This document shows, in pieces, positions 22,257 to 31,582 of a DNA stretch of 64,000 nt. Position 1 is the first letter of the stretch. Each line of letters opens with the position of its first letter. Both the position numbers and the translations under genes were made by a program. The notes under the pieces were generated by a model. That model was given only the letters and a program-made list of their open reading frames with translations, ran no database searches and was not told the DNA's origin. The DNA is from Chloropicon primus (taxonomy: Eukaryota). The stretch covers positions 186,001 through 250,000 of the forward strand of contig CP060764.1 in assembly GCA_023205875.1 (NCBI GenBank). Reading direction: 5' to 3'.

Positions 22257-24299
22257 CTATTTGAGGGACGCGTACAAGGCATCGATCTTGCTCTTGTAGT
22301 GCTTGAGGAGCTGAGGCCTCTTCAACTTGAAGCTCGGGGTGAGGAGGTCCGTCTCGATAGAGAACTGCTCATAGTCCAAGTGGACGGCCTTGACGATCTC
22401 GAAACCCTTCAGCTTGGACTCCTTTCCGGTCTTCTTCAGCTCTCCGAGAATCATCTCGTTGGCCTCCGGCGTCTTGCAGACGGTGGCGTAGTCTCCCGCG
22501 ACGCCCTTGTCCTTGGCCCAGGCCATGATCTTCTCCTCGTTCGGCACGACGATCGCAACAAGGCAGTTCTCGAAACTGTTCCCGTACACCCAGACCTGCT
22601 CCATGTTCAAGTTCTTCTTGTAGACGCTCTCCACGACCTCCACGGCGACGTACTCTCCCTGGGAGAGCTTGAAGATGTTCTTCTTGCGGTCCACAATTTT
22701 CAGAGCTCCAGAGGGCTGGATCTCGCCGATGTCTCCGGTGTGGAAGAACCCGTCCTTGTCGATCGCTCCCTTGGTCTGCGCCTCGTCCTTGTAGTAGCCC
22801 GAGAACACGGAGGGGCCCCTGATGAGGACCTCCCCAGAGGGCGGGTCACTGAAGGGAGAGTAGTTCATCTCCGGCACGGCTTCGAGCCTGTACTCCACGC
22901 TCGGGAAGGGCACCCCGATGGTGGCAAACATCGACATGTCGTCGGGCACCGCGACGAAGGAGGCAGCGCAAGTCTCCGTGAGGCCGTAGCCCTGGACAAC
23001 GGCGCAACACATCGCGACCCTGAGGAATTTCTCGACGTGCGGGGCGAGGGGAGCCCCGCCGCTGATCATGATCCTCACGTTCCCCCCGAGCCTGGCCTTG
23101 ATCTTGCTGAAAATGATCTTGTCCATCAGCGGCGCGGCGTCGAACACGCTCGCCCCCTTTTTCATCGCACCAAACTTCCTGCTCATGGCAAACCTGTAGA
23201 GCATCCCGGCCACGAAGCTGGAGGACATCTTGGCCATCACGGCGCTGTAGATCCTGTCGAAAATTCGGGGGACTCCGCAGAAGAAGGTCGGCTTGAGCGA
23301 CCCAACGTCATCGAGAATCGCCTTGACGTTGCCCTGCCAGTACCCGATGCACCCCCCCTTGGCGATGACGAGCTCCTCGGTCATCCTGTCAAAGATGTGA
23401 GCCAGGGGAAGGTAGCTGAAGAACACCTCGTTCTCGGTGACTTCGCAGTTCACGGCCTTCAACTTTGCGCCCACGGCGTTGAGCTCCGACACGAGGGCGC
23501 TCTGAGGCAGGATGACGCCCTTGGGGTTTCCCGTGGTACCGCTCGTGTACATGATGGTGGCGATGTCGCTCGTCTTCGCCTTGACCGGCGCGGAGGGGCT
23601 CTTGGCCCCCGCGTCCAGCAGCTCGGGGAAGGAGTAAGACTTGACCTTGGCGGACTTGAGGGCCACCTTGTCCTCGTCGCTGGCCTCGCCCCAGTACACG
23701 ACGAGCTTCACGGTCGGCATGTTCCCCTTGGACTTGAGGAGGTTCCCCAGCTTCTCGCTCGAGACGAACACGGCCTTGCACTCGGCGTGGTTGAGGATGT
23801 ACTCCACGGCGTTCTCACCGAGGGTGTCGTACAGCGGGACGCACGCCACGTTGTTGCGGTTGCAGGCCTGCATCGCGATCATCCACTCGGGGCAGTTGGC
23901 CCCGAAGACCCCGATCTTGTCCTGGGACGCGATCCCCTCGGCGGCGAGGCCAGACCCCAGCAGCTTCACCTTCTCGCCCACCTCCCGGTAGGTCATCCAC
24001 TTGTACTCGCTGACGGTCCCGTCCTCCCCCTTGAGCCTCTTGCCGAGGCAGGGGTTGTCTGGGTAAAGCTCCACGGAACGCTCGAAGATCTCCAGCAAGT
24101 TGATGCACCCCTCGTACGTCGCACCCGCAAGGCCCTTGGCCGCCATCGACGACCGTATCAGGGGGCCCTGCGTCTCATTCGCGGGCTCCACCTCGCACAC
24201 CCAGCCCTCCTCAGGCCTCATCACACGAATCTCCCCTTGCTCTGGACTCGGTCCCTTGCCACTGAAACGGAACTTGTCTTCGCCCAAGCTCCCAGACAT
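22257..24299 (-). CDS. LACS: Long-chain acyl-CoA synthetase (paralog 2, tandem)
   Basis: IMYTSGTTGNPKGV, YLPLAHIFDR, QGYGLTET, FFHTGDIG, VDRKKNIFKLSQGEYVA. Confidence 0.93.
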   Translation of the reverse strand: MSGSLGEDKFRFSGKGPSPEQGEIRVMRPEEGWVCEVEPANETQGPLIRSSMAAKGLAGATYEGCINLLEIFERSVELYPDNPCLGKRLKGEDGTVSEYKWMTYREVGEKVKLLGSGLAAEGIASQDKIGVFGANCPEWMIAMQACNRNNVACVPLYDTLGENAVEYILNHAECKAVFVSSEKLGNLLKSKGNMPTVKLVVYWGEASDEDKVALKSAKVKSYSFPELLDAGAKSPSAPVKAKTSDIATIMYTSGTTGNPKGVILPQSALVSELNAVGAKLKAVNCEVTENEVFFSYLPLAHIFDRMTEELVIAKGGCIGYWQGNVKAILDDVGSLKPTFFCGVPRIFDRIYSAVMAKMSSSFVAGMLYRFAMSRKFGAMKKGASVFDAAPLMDKIIFSKIKARLGGNVRIMISGGAPLAPHVEKFLRVAMCCAVVQGYGLTETCAASFVAVPDDMSMFATIGVPFPSVEYRLEAVPEMNYSPFSDPPSGEVLIRGPSVFSGYYKDEAQTKGAIDKDGFFHTGDIGEIQPSGALKIVDRKKNIFKLSQGEYVAVEVVESVYKKNLNMEQVWVYGNSFENCLVAIVVPNEEKIMAWAKDKGVAGDYATVCKTPEANEMILGELKKTGKESKLKGFEIVKAVHLDYEQFSIETDLLTPSFKLKRPQLLKHYKSKIDALYASLK

Positions 24300-24849
24300 C
24301 CCACGCTACCAAACTATCGATATATGTATCGATAGAAGAAGAAGAAGAAGAAGAAGAAGAAGGTGGAGGAGCTCTTCACCTCTTCACCACTCTGCCCAAA
24401 CCAAACCAAACCAAACCAAAACAATGGGGCTCCCCGCTCCAAAACACCTGAGAGAGGGACAGAGCAAGCAATGCGGATGCGGACCGACCGAGGATGGCAA
24501 AGAAAAAACAAAAAACCTCGAGAGGAGGGAAACCGTCCTGGTTGCGCAGAGGAGGAATCTCTGTCGTCGCCGTCGTCGCCGTCGCCGTCGGTTCCTCTTC
24601 GTTTGTCACGAGGGGAAGGGTTTTCTGTCTCGAACTGAAATATCTTTTTGTTTTATGACGTAACGGCAAAAAACGCTCCGAAAAAAACGCATGAAACGGC
24701 AGACTCAAAGAGCAAAGAGAAGAAGGACGACGACGGCGACGGCGACGGCGACGAGGACGAGGACGGCGACGAGGACGAGGGCATCTCGTCGTTCGCGCGC
24801 TTCCACACGTCACGGCGCGAGGACATCGCCTTCTTCGTCTTTTTTCGAG

Positions 24850-26535
24850 ATGGCGACGACGAAGATGGAGGAGGAGGGGATGATGCGACGAGGGGGAGGG
24901 GGTCGGGAGTCGGAGGGACCGAGTGCGGTCGTCGAGGCTTCTTCTTCTTCTTCTCCTTCTCCTGCTCCCAAGGTGAGGTACAGCAAAGCGAGCGAGGACG
25001 ACCTCGGGAAGGTCTGGCGTTGCGAGAAGGTGAGAGACTTCGAGTGGAGGATGAGGTGCTTGGGTTTGGAGGACAACGCGGAGGCCGTGGACCTGTTGAA
25101 GCGGATGCTGCGAAGCACGGAGGAGCTGAACGAGATCGGGGACGCGATGTCGAGGGGGGAGGTGGAGCCCAAGTGGTGGCTCGGCGGGGACTACGACGCG
25201 GACGAGGCGGAGGAGCACAACGACGAGGGGGCGGCGCTCTTCAAGGGGAAGGAGTACGGCGAGGCGTTCGAGAGTTTCACGAGGGCGATCGCGAGGTGGC
25301 CGAGCCGGGCGGTGTACCACGCGAACCGCGCCAGCGCCGCGCTCAAGGTCGGGGACTTCGAGGTGGCCGCGTCGGACTGCGGCGAGGCCCTCCGCCTCGA
25401 CCCGGGGAACGCCAAGGTGATGGCGAGGAGGGCGGCGGCGTTGGGCCGCCTGGGCCGCTTCGCGGAGGCCGCGGAGGTGTGGTCCGACGTTCTCGAGGCG
25501 GACCCCGGGAGCGTCAAGGCGAGGGCTGGCCTCGCCACCTCCCGGTCCGGGGAGAGGGCGGCGAGGGCCAGGAGGCAGGAGGAGCTGGAGCGGTCCGAAG
25601 CGGGGGGGAGGACGGGGCTGCCGCTGCGCGGGGTGGCCGACGACTGGAGCGACCGGCTCTACTCCCTGACGGAGATGCTCAAGTACGAGGGCGGCCTGTC
25701 CGCCAACCTCAGCGTGGTGGAGGCCCTGATCATGTGCAGGAGGTACCCCGACGCCCTCGGCAGGCTCGAGGCCATGCCGGCCACCACGGAGACGCGGTAC
25801 CTCACTGCGGAGGCCAAGTGGAGGAGCGGGCACGTCCGCGCGGCCGTGGAAGTTTTGGGGACCTCCCTCCCCAGGACCGTCGACAAGTGCGCGGCTCTGA
25901 GCAAGTACCTCGGGGAGGTGGGCGACCTCCTCGGGGGGGCGAGAGAGGCTCTGGAGGACGAGAGGTGCGTGGACGCGATCGAGGCGTGCGAGGCGCTTGA
26001 GCGCGTGCTCGATCCCGAAGCGTGCAGCGGGCTGTTCGCCCTGGTGGCGGAGATCAAAGCGTCATCCCTGATGTTCCGGGGCCAGGCCAAGGAGGCCGCT
26101 GGCGTGCTGGACTCCGCCCTCGTCCTCGAGCCGGAGAGCCAGCCGTGCCTGCTGCTCCGCGCGAGGGCGAGGCAGAAGATCGCAGACCACCACGGAGCTC
26201 TCGCGGACCTTTCTCTGCTCCAGAGCATCAACCCGTCTGCTCCGGGGGTCTTTGCCATGATGCAGAGGCTCGCCAGGACCCTCCTGGAGAGCAAGAACCC
26301 CTCGTACAAGATCGAATCCGTGAGGAAGAGAACCGGCTTCGATCCTTACGCCGTGCTCGGTATAGGCCCCGGGGCGACCGACCCGGACATCCGGAAAGCG
26401 TACAGGAAGCTCGCAGGCCAGTGGCACCCCGACAAGTGGCTGCAGAAGACGGAGGACCAGCGGGTGGTCGCGGGCAAGCGGTTCGAGGAGATACAGAAAG
26501 CGTACGAGAGCTTGACGATCGCGGAAGAGGTCTGA
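24850..26535 (+). CDS. TPR-repeat co-chaperone with C-terminal J domain (DNAJC7-like)
   Basis: TPR motifs (GAALFKGKEYGEA, YHANRASAALK, ALRLDPGNAK) and J domain DPYAVLG...IRKAYRKLA..WHPDK...FEEIQKAYESL. Start uncertain. Confidence 0.85.
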   Translation: MATTKMEEEGMMRRGGGGRESEGPSAVVEASSSSSPSPAPKVRYSKASEDDLGKVWRCEKVRDFEWRMRCLGLEDNAEAVDLLKRMLRSTEELNEIGDAMSRGEVEPKWWLGGDYDADEAEEHNDEGAALFKGKEYGEAFESFTRAIARWPSRAVYHANRASAALKVGDFEVAASDCGEALRLDPGNAKVMARRAAALGRLGRFAEAAEVWSDVLEADPGSVKARAGLATSRSGERAARARRQEELERSEAGGRTGLPLRGVADDWSDRLYSLTEMLKYEGGLSANLSVVEALIMCRRYPDALGRLEAMPATTETRYLTAEAKWRSGHVRAAVEVLGTSLPRTVDKCAALSKYLGEVGDLLGGAREALEDERCVDAIEACEALERVLDPEACSGLFALVAEIKASSLMFRGQAKEAAGVLDSALVLEPESQPCLLLRARARQKIADHHGALADLSLLQSINPSAPGVFAMMQRLARTLLESKNPSYKIESVRKRTGFDPYAVLGIGPGATDPDIRKAYRKLAGQWHPDKWLQKTEDQRVVAGKRFEEIQKAYESLTIAEEV

Positions 26536-26648
26536 AAAATAAGCTTGCTTATTGTTATTTATTCCACATATTGTTTTTTTCATCGGTTTTTTTTTTTCGG
26601 TTAGGCTTCTTGAGTCACAACGATCGAAAAGGTCCCCCCGTGCGCGCT

Positions 26649-27259
26649 TCAAGCAGACTTCTCGATGTAGGACTGCATGGCGGCATCCTTCTTCGTCCCC
26701 TTGAGGTCGCTCCAGCTCTGCCACTCCGCACCGGACAGCTTGAATCCTCCCAAGCTGGAGGACAGCATTCCTGGCTTTGGCACGTAGACGTCCCCGTAGA
26801 TAGCCTGCCACCTGAGCCCCACGAGGTCTCCGTCCTTTCCGTTCTCCTTGGCGTCGACCAAGGCGGTCGCAAAGTCCTCCGCGAGCTTCCAGATCCTTGG
26901 CCAGGCATCCTTCGAGCCGTCGAGGACCGTCTTCACGAACGCAGGGCAGTCGTCGTTGGACAACATGTCGTTCAACCAGCCGAAAACCTCAGGCCTCTCC
27001 TTGGCGTCGATCAGCATGGACATGGCAACGATGTCCACGTACATGGCCTTGGCCTCGTCGGAGGTCAAGCCCTCCAGGGCCTTCCACGCATCCCACTTGA
27101 ACTGCCCCGCCTTGTCGAACATTCCCGGCCTCTTGGTGCTCACCTCGCCCACCGTGGCCACCTTGAAGAGAGCATAGTACCCGAGCTTCTCCTCCTGAGA
27201 GGTCAGCTCCAGACCTGGCACAGGGGACTCCTTGGGCAACCTGCATCCCCGTCGCGTCA

Positions 27260-27300
<41 letters not shown>

Positions 27301-27619
27301 CGCAAGCGAGACGAGGGGAGTGAGACGAGTCACGAATGCGGTGGGTCGAGTCCAGGAAGAGAGAACATCAGAGCGTCAGCACACTTCGTTCATGGGGCGA
27401 GACCGCACCTTCGTTCGCTCCCCTCGTGGGGATCATCCACGTCGTCGTCGTCATCAACAACAACAACAAAAGAAGAAGAAGAAAAATAAATGAGACCAGC
27501 CGCCTCTCCTTCGTCCTTCGTCCTCCTTGCCCTTGTCCAACTCACCCGTTGATGTACTTGACCGCGTCGTCAAAGTGTGGCACGGAAGCCGCAATGTCTT
27601 CGCCCGTTGGATAACTCAT
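26649..27619 (-). CDS. ACBP: Acyl-CoA-binding protein with two tandem ACB domains; 2 exons (27619-27546, 27240-26649)
   Basis: Spliced N-terminus MSYPTGEDIAASVPHFDDAVKYINGLPK (GTGAG...GCAG intron 27545-27241, phase 2 matches). ACB motifs YALFKVATVG, RPGMFD...KWDAW; second copy WQAIYGD...KPGML...EWQSWSDLKG..KDAAMQSYI. Confidence 0.85.
27260..27300 (+). repeat. (CAT)n microsatellite inside the ACBP intron
   Basis: Read directly from sequence; it explains the spurious poly-Asp N-terminus in the ORF track. Confidence 0.9.
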
Positions 27620-27970
27620 GCTCTCTCGTCTCTCTCGTCTCTCGTCTCTCGTCTTTCTCGTCTCTCGTCTCTCTCTCTGTCGCCGCCGCTTCTCGGAAAA
27701 TGACGAGAGAGAGAGAAGCTCTCGGGCTGCAAAAAAAGTAACGCCAATCGATTGAGGTGTTTTGCTAATCGTGGTCTCTCGAGTGCGGGAGAGGGCGAGG
27801 CGTTGCGTGGTACCGAAGGGTGTGGTCGTTCGTCAGCACCGGGTGCTTGATTGTGGACCGTGGGTCTTGGTCGCCGGAAGAGGGAAGGGGGTTGGTTTGG
27901 TTTTGGTTGGTGCTTTTTTTTTTTTTGGTCTCCAACGAGGTGTTGAGGTGAGGCGATTGGAGTGAAGAGG

Positions 27971-28948
27971 ATGGCTCAGCAACAGTATCCGGACTTCACA
28001 GGGCACTGGAAGCAGGTGAAGAACGAGAATGCCGACGGGTACCTGAAGGTTCTCGGGTTCCCCTTCCCCATCAGGAGGTTTGCGGTGCCTGCCATGGGGA
28101 AGAGCACGGACATCGTGAAGCAGGCGGGAGACTTGCAAGTCGTGACCACGATCAATGTCAAGGGCTCCTGGACGAGGAAGTTCATCGTTGGCAAGGAGAT
28201 CACCCAGACGAACGCGGAGGGCGACAAGTGCGTCACGACGACCTGGTGGGACAACGACGAGAAGGAGTGCCCGGGCAAGATGCTGCACAAGAGCAAGCTG
28301 GTGGGGGCGAAGAGGGGGGTCAGCGAATCCTGGAGGTGGTACGACGGGGGTCTGATGGTCATCAAGAGCATCGTTCACCTCGAGAAGAAGCCGGGAACGC
28401 AGGCGTGGATGCTTTGGTACTTTGAGAGCATCGAACCCGTGCGCAACGAGACCTTCCTCTCCGCGAGGTCCAAGATGAAGCAGATCACGAGGGAGCAGAA
28501 GCTCATCGCGGAGGTGACCGAGAAGCAGACGAAGGAGCTCAAGGACGCGATGAAGGACCTCAGCACCATCCAGCAGGCTTTCGTGGTCGAGATGCTGTCG
28601 AACCTGAAGAAGAAGAAGGACGGGGGGGCCACCACCTCGGCCGCCTCCAAGTGGAAGACCAAGGCCAAGGTGAACGCCCCGGACTCGAGCAAGAAGGGGC
28701 AGCAGGACGAGGCGCAGGCGAAGGACGACGAGTTTTACGACTGCGACGACCTCACCGAGGAGCAGGCCAGGGCCCTGGAGAAGCAGGCCAAGGAGATCGA
28801 GGAGACCGTGGCCCGCGTGTCTTTCGACGACCCAACGACCGTCGTGGCTGACCAGGCCGCCGCCCCGGCGAAAACTTTCTTGTGCTTCCCCGTGGCAAAG
28901 AAGCCGCTGAAAAGGCTTCCCACGATCGTGCAGGACGCCCTAAAGTAA
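27971..28948 (+). CDS. Fatty-acid-binding protein (FABP/iLBP)-like domain plus coiled-coil and acidic C-terminal extension
   Basis: DFTGHWKQVKNENADGYLKVLG matches the FABP N-terminal signature (F.G.W....EN.D.YLK.LG); later KFIVGKEITQTNAEGDK matches F..G.E.....DG; EFYDCDD lies in an acidic tract. Confidence 0.7.
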   Translation: MAQQQYPDFTGHWKQVKNENADGYLKVLGFPFPIRRFAVPAMGKSTDIVKQAGDLQVVTTINVKGSWTRKFIVGKEITQTNAEGDKCVTTTWWDNDEKECPGKMLHKSKLVGAKRGVSESWRWYDGGLMVIKSIVHLEKKPGTQAWMLWYFESIEPVRNETFLSARSKMKQITREQKLIAEVTEKQTKELKDAMKDLSTIQQAFVVEMLSNLKKKKDGGATTSAASKWKTKAKVNAPDSSKKGQQDEAQAKDDEFYDCDDLTEEQARALEKQAKEIEETVARVSFDDPTTVVADQAAAPAKTFLCFPVAKKPLKRLPTIVQDALK

Positions 28949-29077
28949 CACGAGAAAGCATTTTTTTTGGTTTTTTTTTGTTGTTGTTGTTTTTGTTGGT
29001 TTCTTCCACGTACGTCTGTGCTGTTGTCCTGGTTAGAATTACATAACGAATACACCTCCGGCGTTGTTGTGGTTGGT

Positions 29078-31126
29078 TTACTTCTTGCCCTTCTTTCTGC
29101 CTTCGCCGCTGTCCGCAGTGTCCGAGTAGCTGTAAGAACCCGAGTAGCTGTAGCTGTAGCTGTACGACGACCCGCTGTAGCTGTAAGAACCCGAGTAACT
29201 GCACGAGTCCGATCGACCGCCCTTGTTCTTTTGCGGCCTCGATGATGGCACAGGGTTTGGCTGCTTGTTCTGCATAATTGTCTTGGGGAGGTTCTTGAGG
29301 TGAGCACGCATGTCGTCGGTGAGTCCACCCAAGCCTATCGAAGTGAAGAAGTTGATGGAGAACCTCGTGTCTTTCGGCAAATTCTTTGGGAACACCCCGT
29401 CGTACCATCCCGAAGATACCGCAGAACGCTCTTGCAGGCGCTCGTTGAGCGTTTTCAGCCCCAAGGAAGCGGCCAACTCCTGGAAGAGAATCTTGATGAA
29501 AATCCTGGAAGAGGACGTCGTGTCGTCCTCCGTGATCTTGATCGCCGTGAGCACCGACCACGGAAGCCCGTCCGTCTCCAAGAGGTGCGCGAACAGCTTG
29601 GCAACGTTCCTGAGCTTGTTCGTTTCCAGCCTATGTATCGTCTTGTACTGCTTGTGAAAGGCTTCGGCAAAGCAGTCCTGGTACACGCGCCTGACTTGGC
29701 AAAAGCGGTGGGCCAGCAGGCCATAGTACTTGACGTACGTCCTCTCCTGGCTGCAGCATTCTATGATCATCGACGAGAGCTCGTCCTCCTTCCCTTCAGG
29801 GATCTTGATCTTCATCAGTTTGTGCCCAGCCTCCTCAAAGTCGAGCGCGCTCATAATTGTCAGGTATATAGACCTCCTCAAGTTGACGAGGTCCGTCTCG
29901 GTCATGTCGGTGATTCCCGCCCCTCCCGCGTCGGTGACGACGGGGGCCGCAGTGGGCGGGGGACCCTCATCCCTTTCCTCCTCGGAGTCCTCCTCCTCGG
30001 AGCCCTCGCCGTCACTGTCTTCCTCCTCGGAGGACGACTCTCCCAGGATTTCCTTCTTCATCTTTCCGTACTCCCTCTCGCTCTCCTCGAAGTTCGGGTC
30101 GAGCTTGAAGACGTCCAGGCCCGACTGGGCGTCCAGCTTGTCCTCCAAGCTCAGCTCGTGGGTTATCTGGTCGTCTATCTCAACCAAGTCCAGCTCCTGC
30201 AGGACCGCCGGAAAGTCCTCAAAGCTCGTCTTTCTCACCGTAAAGAGACCCTCGATAATGAACTGGACACGCTTGTGTATCTCCCCCTCGTGAAGTATGC
30301 CCCGAAACCTCTCGAACACGGAGTGAAGCCCCTTGGGACTCACCTCCAGGAGCATAGCCCCCACCTCCTTGACGAAGGTCACGGCCAACTCCACCGAGTC
30401 GTTCGAGGGGTTCTCCAGGAGAAGGGCCAAGATTTCCAGGGCCAAGAGCTCGTGCTCCACCTGCTGGTTCACCAGGTGGGCTATGAACTTGCAAGCCGCC
30501 GTGCAGATGGGCTTGTCGTTCCTCTTGTATGCCCGCCTGAACTGCAGCACGACTCTGGTGACGAGGAGCTCTCCTATCTCTGGGAATTTGGTGTTGATCA
30601 CCGCCACGAGGGAAGCGTACACGTTCGTGAACGCTGGGCTCGCCATCTGAGACTTCATGAGCGACCGCACGAAGAGACCTTTGCCCCTCACCAGGTTCTC
30701 GCCGAAGATCTCCGGCAAGATCTCCTTCAAGTTCCCTTTATTCACCTGAGAGAAGACGAGCGACCAAGAGTCGAGTCGAGTCGAGAAGAGAAGAGAAGAG
30801 AAGAGAAGAAACAAGAGCAAGGTCAGCCGCCGCAATGTCTTCGAGGGGAGGGATGTCACGGGATCGCTCGCACTCACCTTGTTCACGAGGCCGTTGATGC
30901 TCTTCCTCAACGCGTCCCAGGCCAGCCTCTGGTAGCTCTCGCTCTGCTTATCAGGACCCACTTCCTTCATCATTTGCGCCAGCTTGAAGGGAGGTATGTA
31001 GACGCCACCCCTCGCCGCCGCCGAGGCCTTCCTCGTGGACGGGACCTTGGCTTCCTGGGCCTCCGACCTCCTCCTCTTCCTCCCCTCGCCCTCCGACGGG
31101 CTCCCGTCGCGCGCTCGGGTCACCAT
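29078..31126 (-). CDS. CWC22: Pre-mRNA splicing factor CWC22; 2 exons (31126-30878, 30745-29078)
   Basis: GGVYIPPFKL, YQRLAWDALRKSINGLVNKVN, MIF4G and MA3 motifs (IYLTIMSALDFEEAGHKL, ECCSQER, TNKLRNVAK, TRFSINFFTSIGLGGLT). A 132-nt in-frame GTGAG...TCAG intron at 30877-30746. Confidence 0.95.
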   Translation of the reverse strand: MVTRARDGSPSEGEGRKRRRSEAQEAKVPSTRKASAAARGGVYIPPFKLAQMMKEVGPDKQSESYQRLAWDALRKSINGLVNKVSASDPVTSLPSKTLRRLTLLLFLLFSSLLFSTRLDSWSLVFSQVNKGNLKEILPEIFGENLVRGKGLFVRSLMKSQMASPAFTNVYASLVAVINTKFPEIGELLVTRVVLQFRRAYKRNDKPICTAACKFIAHLVNQQVEHELLALEILALLLENPSNDSVELAVTFVKEVGAMLLEVSPKGLHSVFERFRGILHEGEIHKRVQFIIEGLFTVRKTSFEDFPAVLQELDLVEIDDQITHELSLEDKLDAQSGLDVFKLDPNFEESEREYGKMKKEILGESSSEEEDSDGEGSEEEDSEEERDEGPPPTAAPVVTDAGGAGITDMTETDLVNLRRSIYLTIMSALDFEEAGHKLMKIKIPEGKEDELSSMIIECCSQERTYVKYYGLLAHRFCQVRRVYQDCFAEAFHKQYKTIHRLETNKLRNVAKLFAHLLETDGLPWSVLTAIKITEDDTTSSSRIFIKILFQELAASLGLKTLNERLQERSAVSSGWYDGVFPKNLPKDTRFSINFFTSIGLGGLTDDMRAHLKNLPKTIMQNKQPNPVPSSRPQKNKGGRSDSCSYSGSYSYSGSSYSYSYSYSGSYSYSDTADSGEGRKKGKK

Positions 31127-31582
31127 GACTCTGCCTCTCTCAACTAAAACTGGAGGCCTCGGGAGGAATGGCTTGGGGGAGGAGGTGGATCCAGTCCAAT
31201 GGAAGAAGGTCAGAGGGTGGAGAGGGGGAGGGGACCAAGAGGGAAGGACTGCCTCACAATCTTCCTCACACATACATACCCACATGCACACACGCACACA
31301 CTGTACCGATCCATTGGAGAGGAGATGCTTGAAAAAGAGGAAGAGGGAGAAGAGGGTCTGGTGGTGGTGTCAGTCAGTGGCCTGGGAGGGTCGGGTTAGT
31401 CAGGGACTTCGACATTCGCCCGCGCCTGCGTCCGATCAGAGGAGGGGGGGGGGATAAGACGACTGGGGACGAGGCACTTTAGTTGCTTCGACAGTAGACG
31501 GCGAGTTGGTAAAAAAAAGTTGTGTGTGTTGAAAAACTTTATTTTTGTCTGTCTGTCTGTCTGTCTGTCTGCTGTTGAAACT

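Noticed and set aside
19592..24335. Long antisense ORFs (693 aa and 678 aa) opposite the two LACS genes, and similar ones opposite AP3B, ApaG and CWC22
   Set aside because: They mirror the real genes codon for codon and arise because GC3-rich coding avoids TTA, CTA and TCA; no recognisable motifs.
27620..27680. CTCTCGT short repeats as a CRISPR-like array
   Set aside because: Simple degenerate microsatellite with no spacers, in a eukaryotic promoter.
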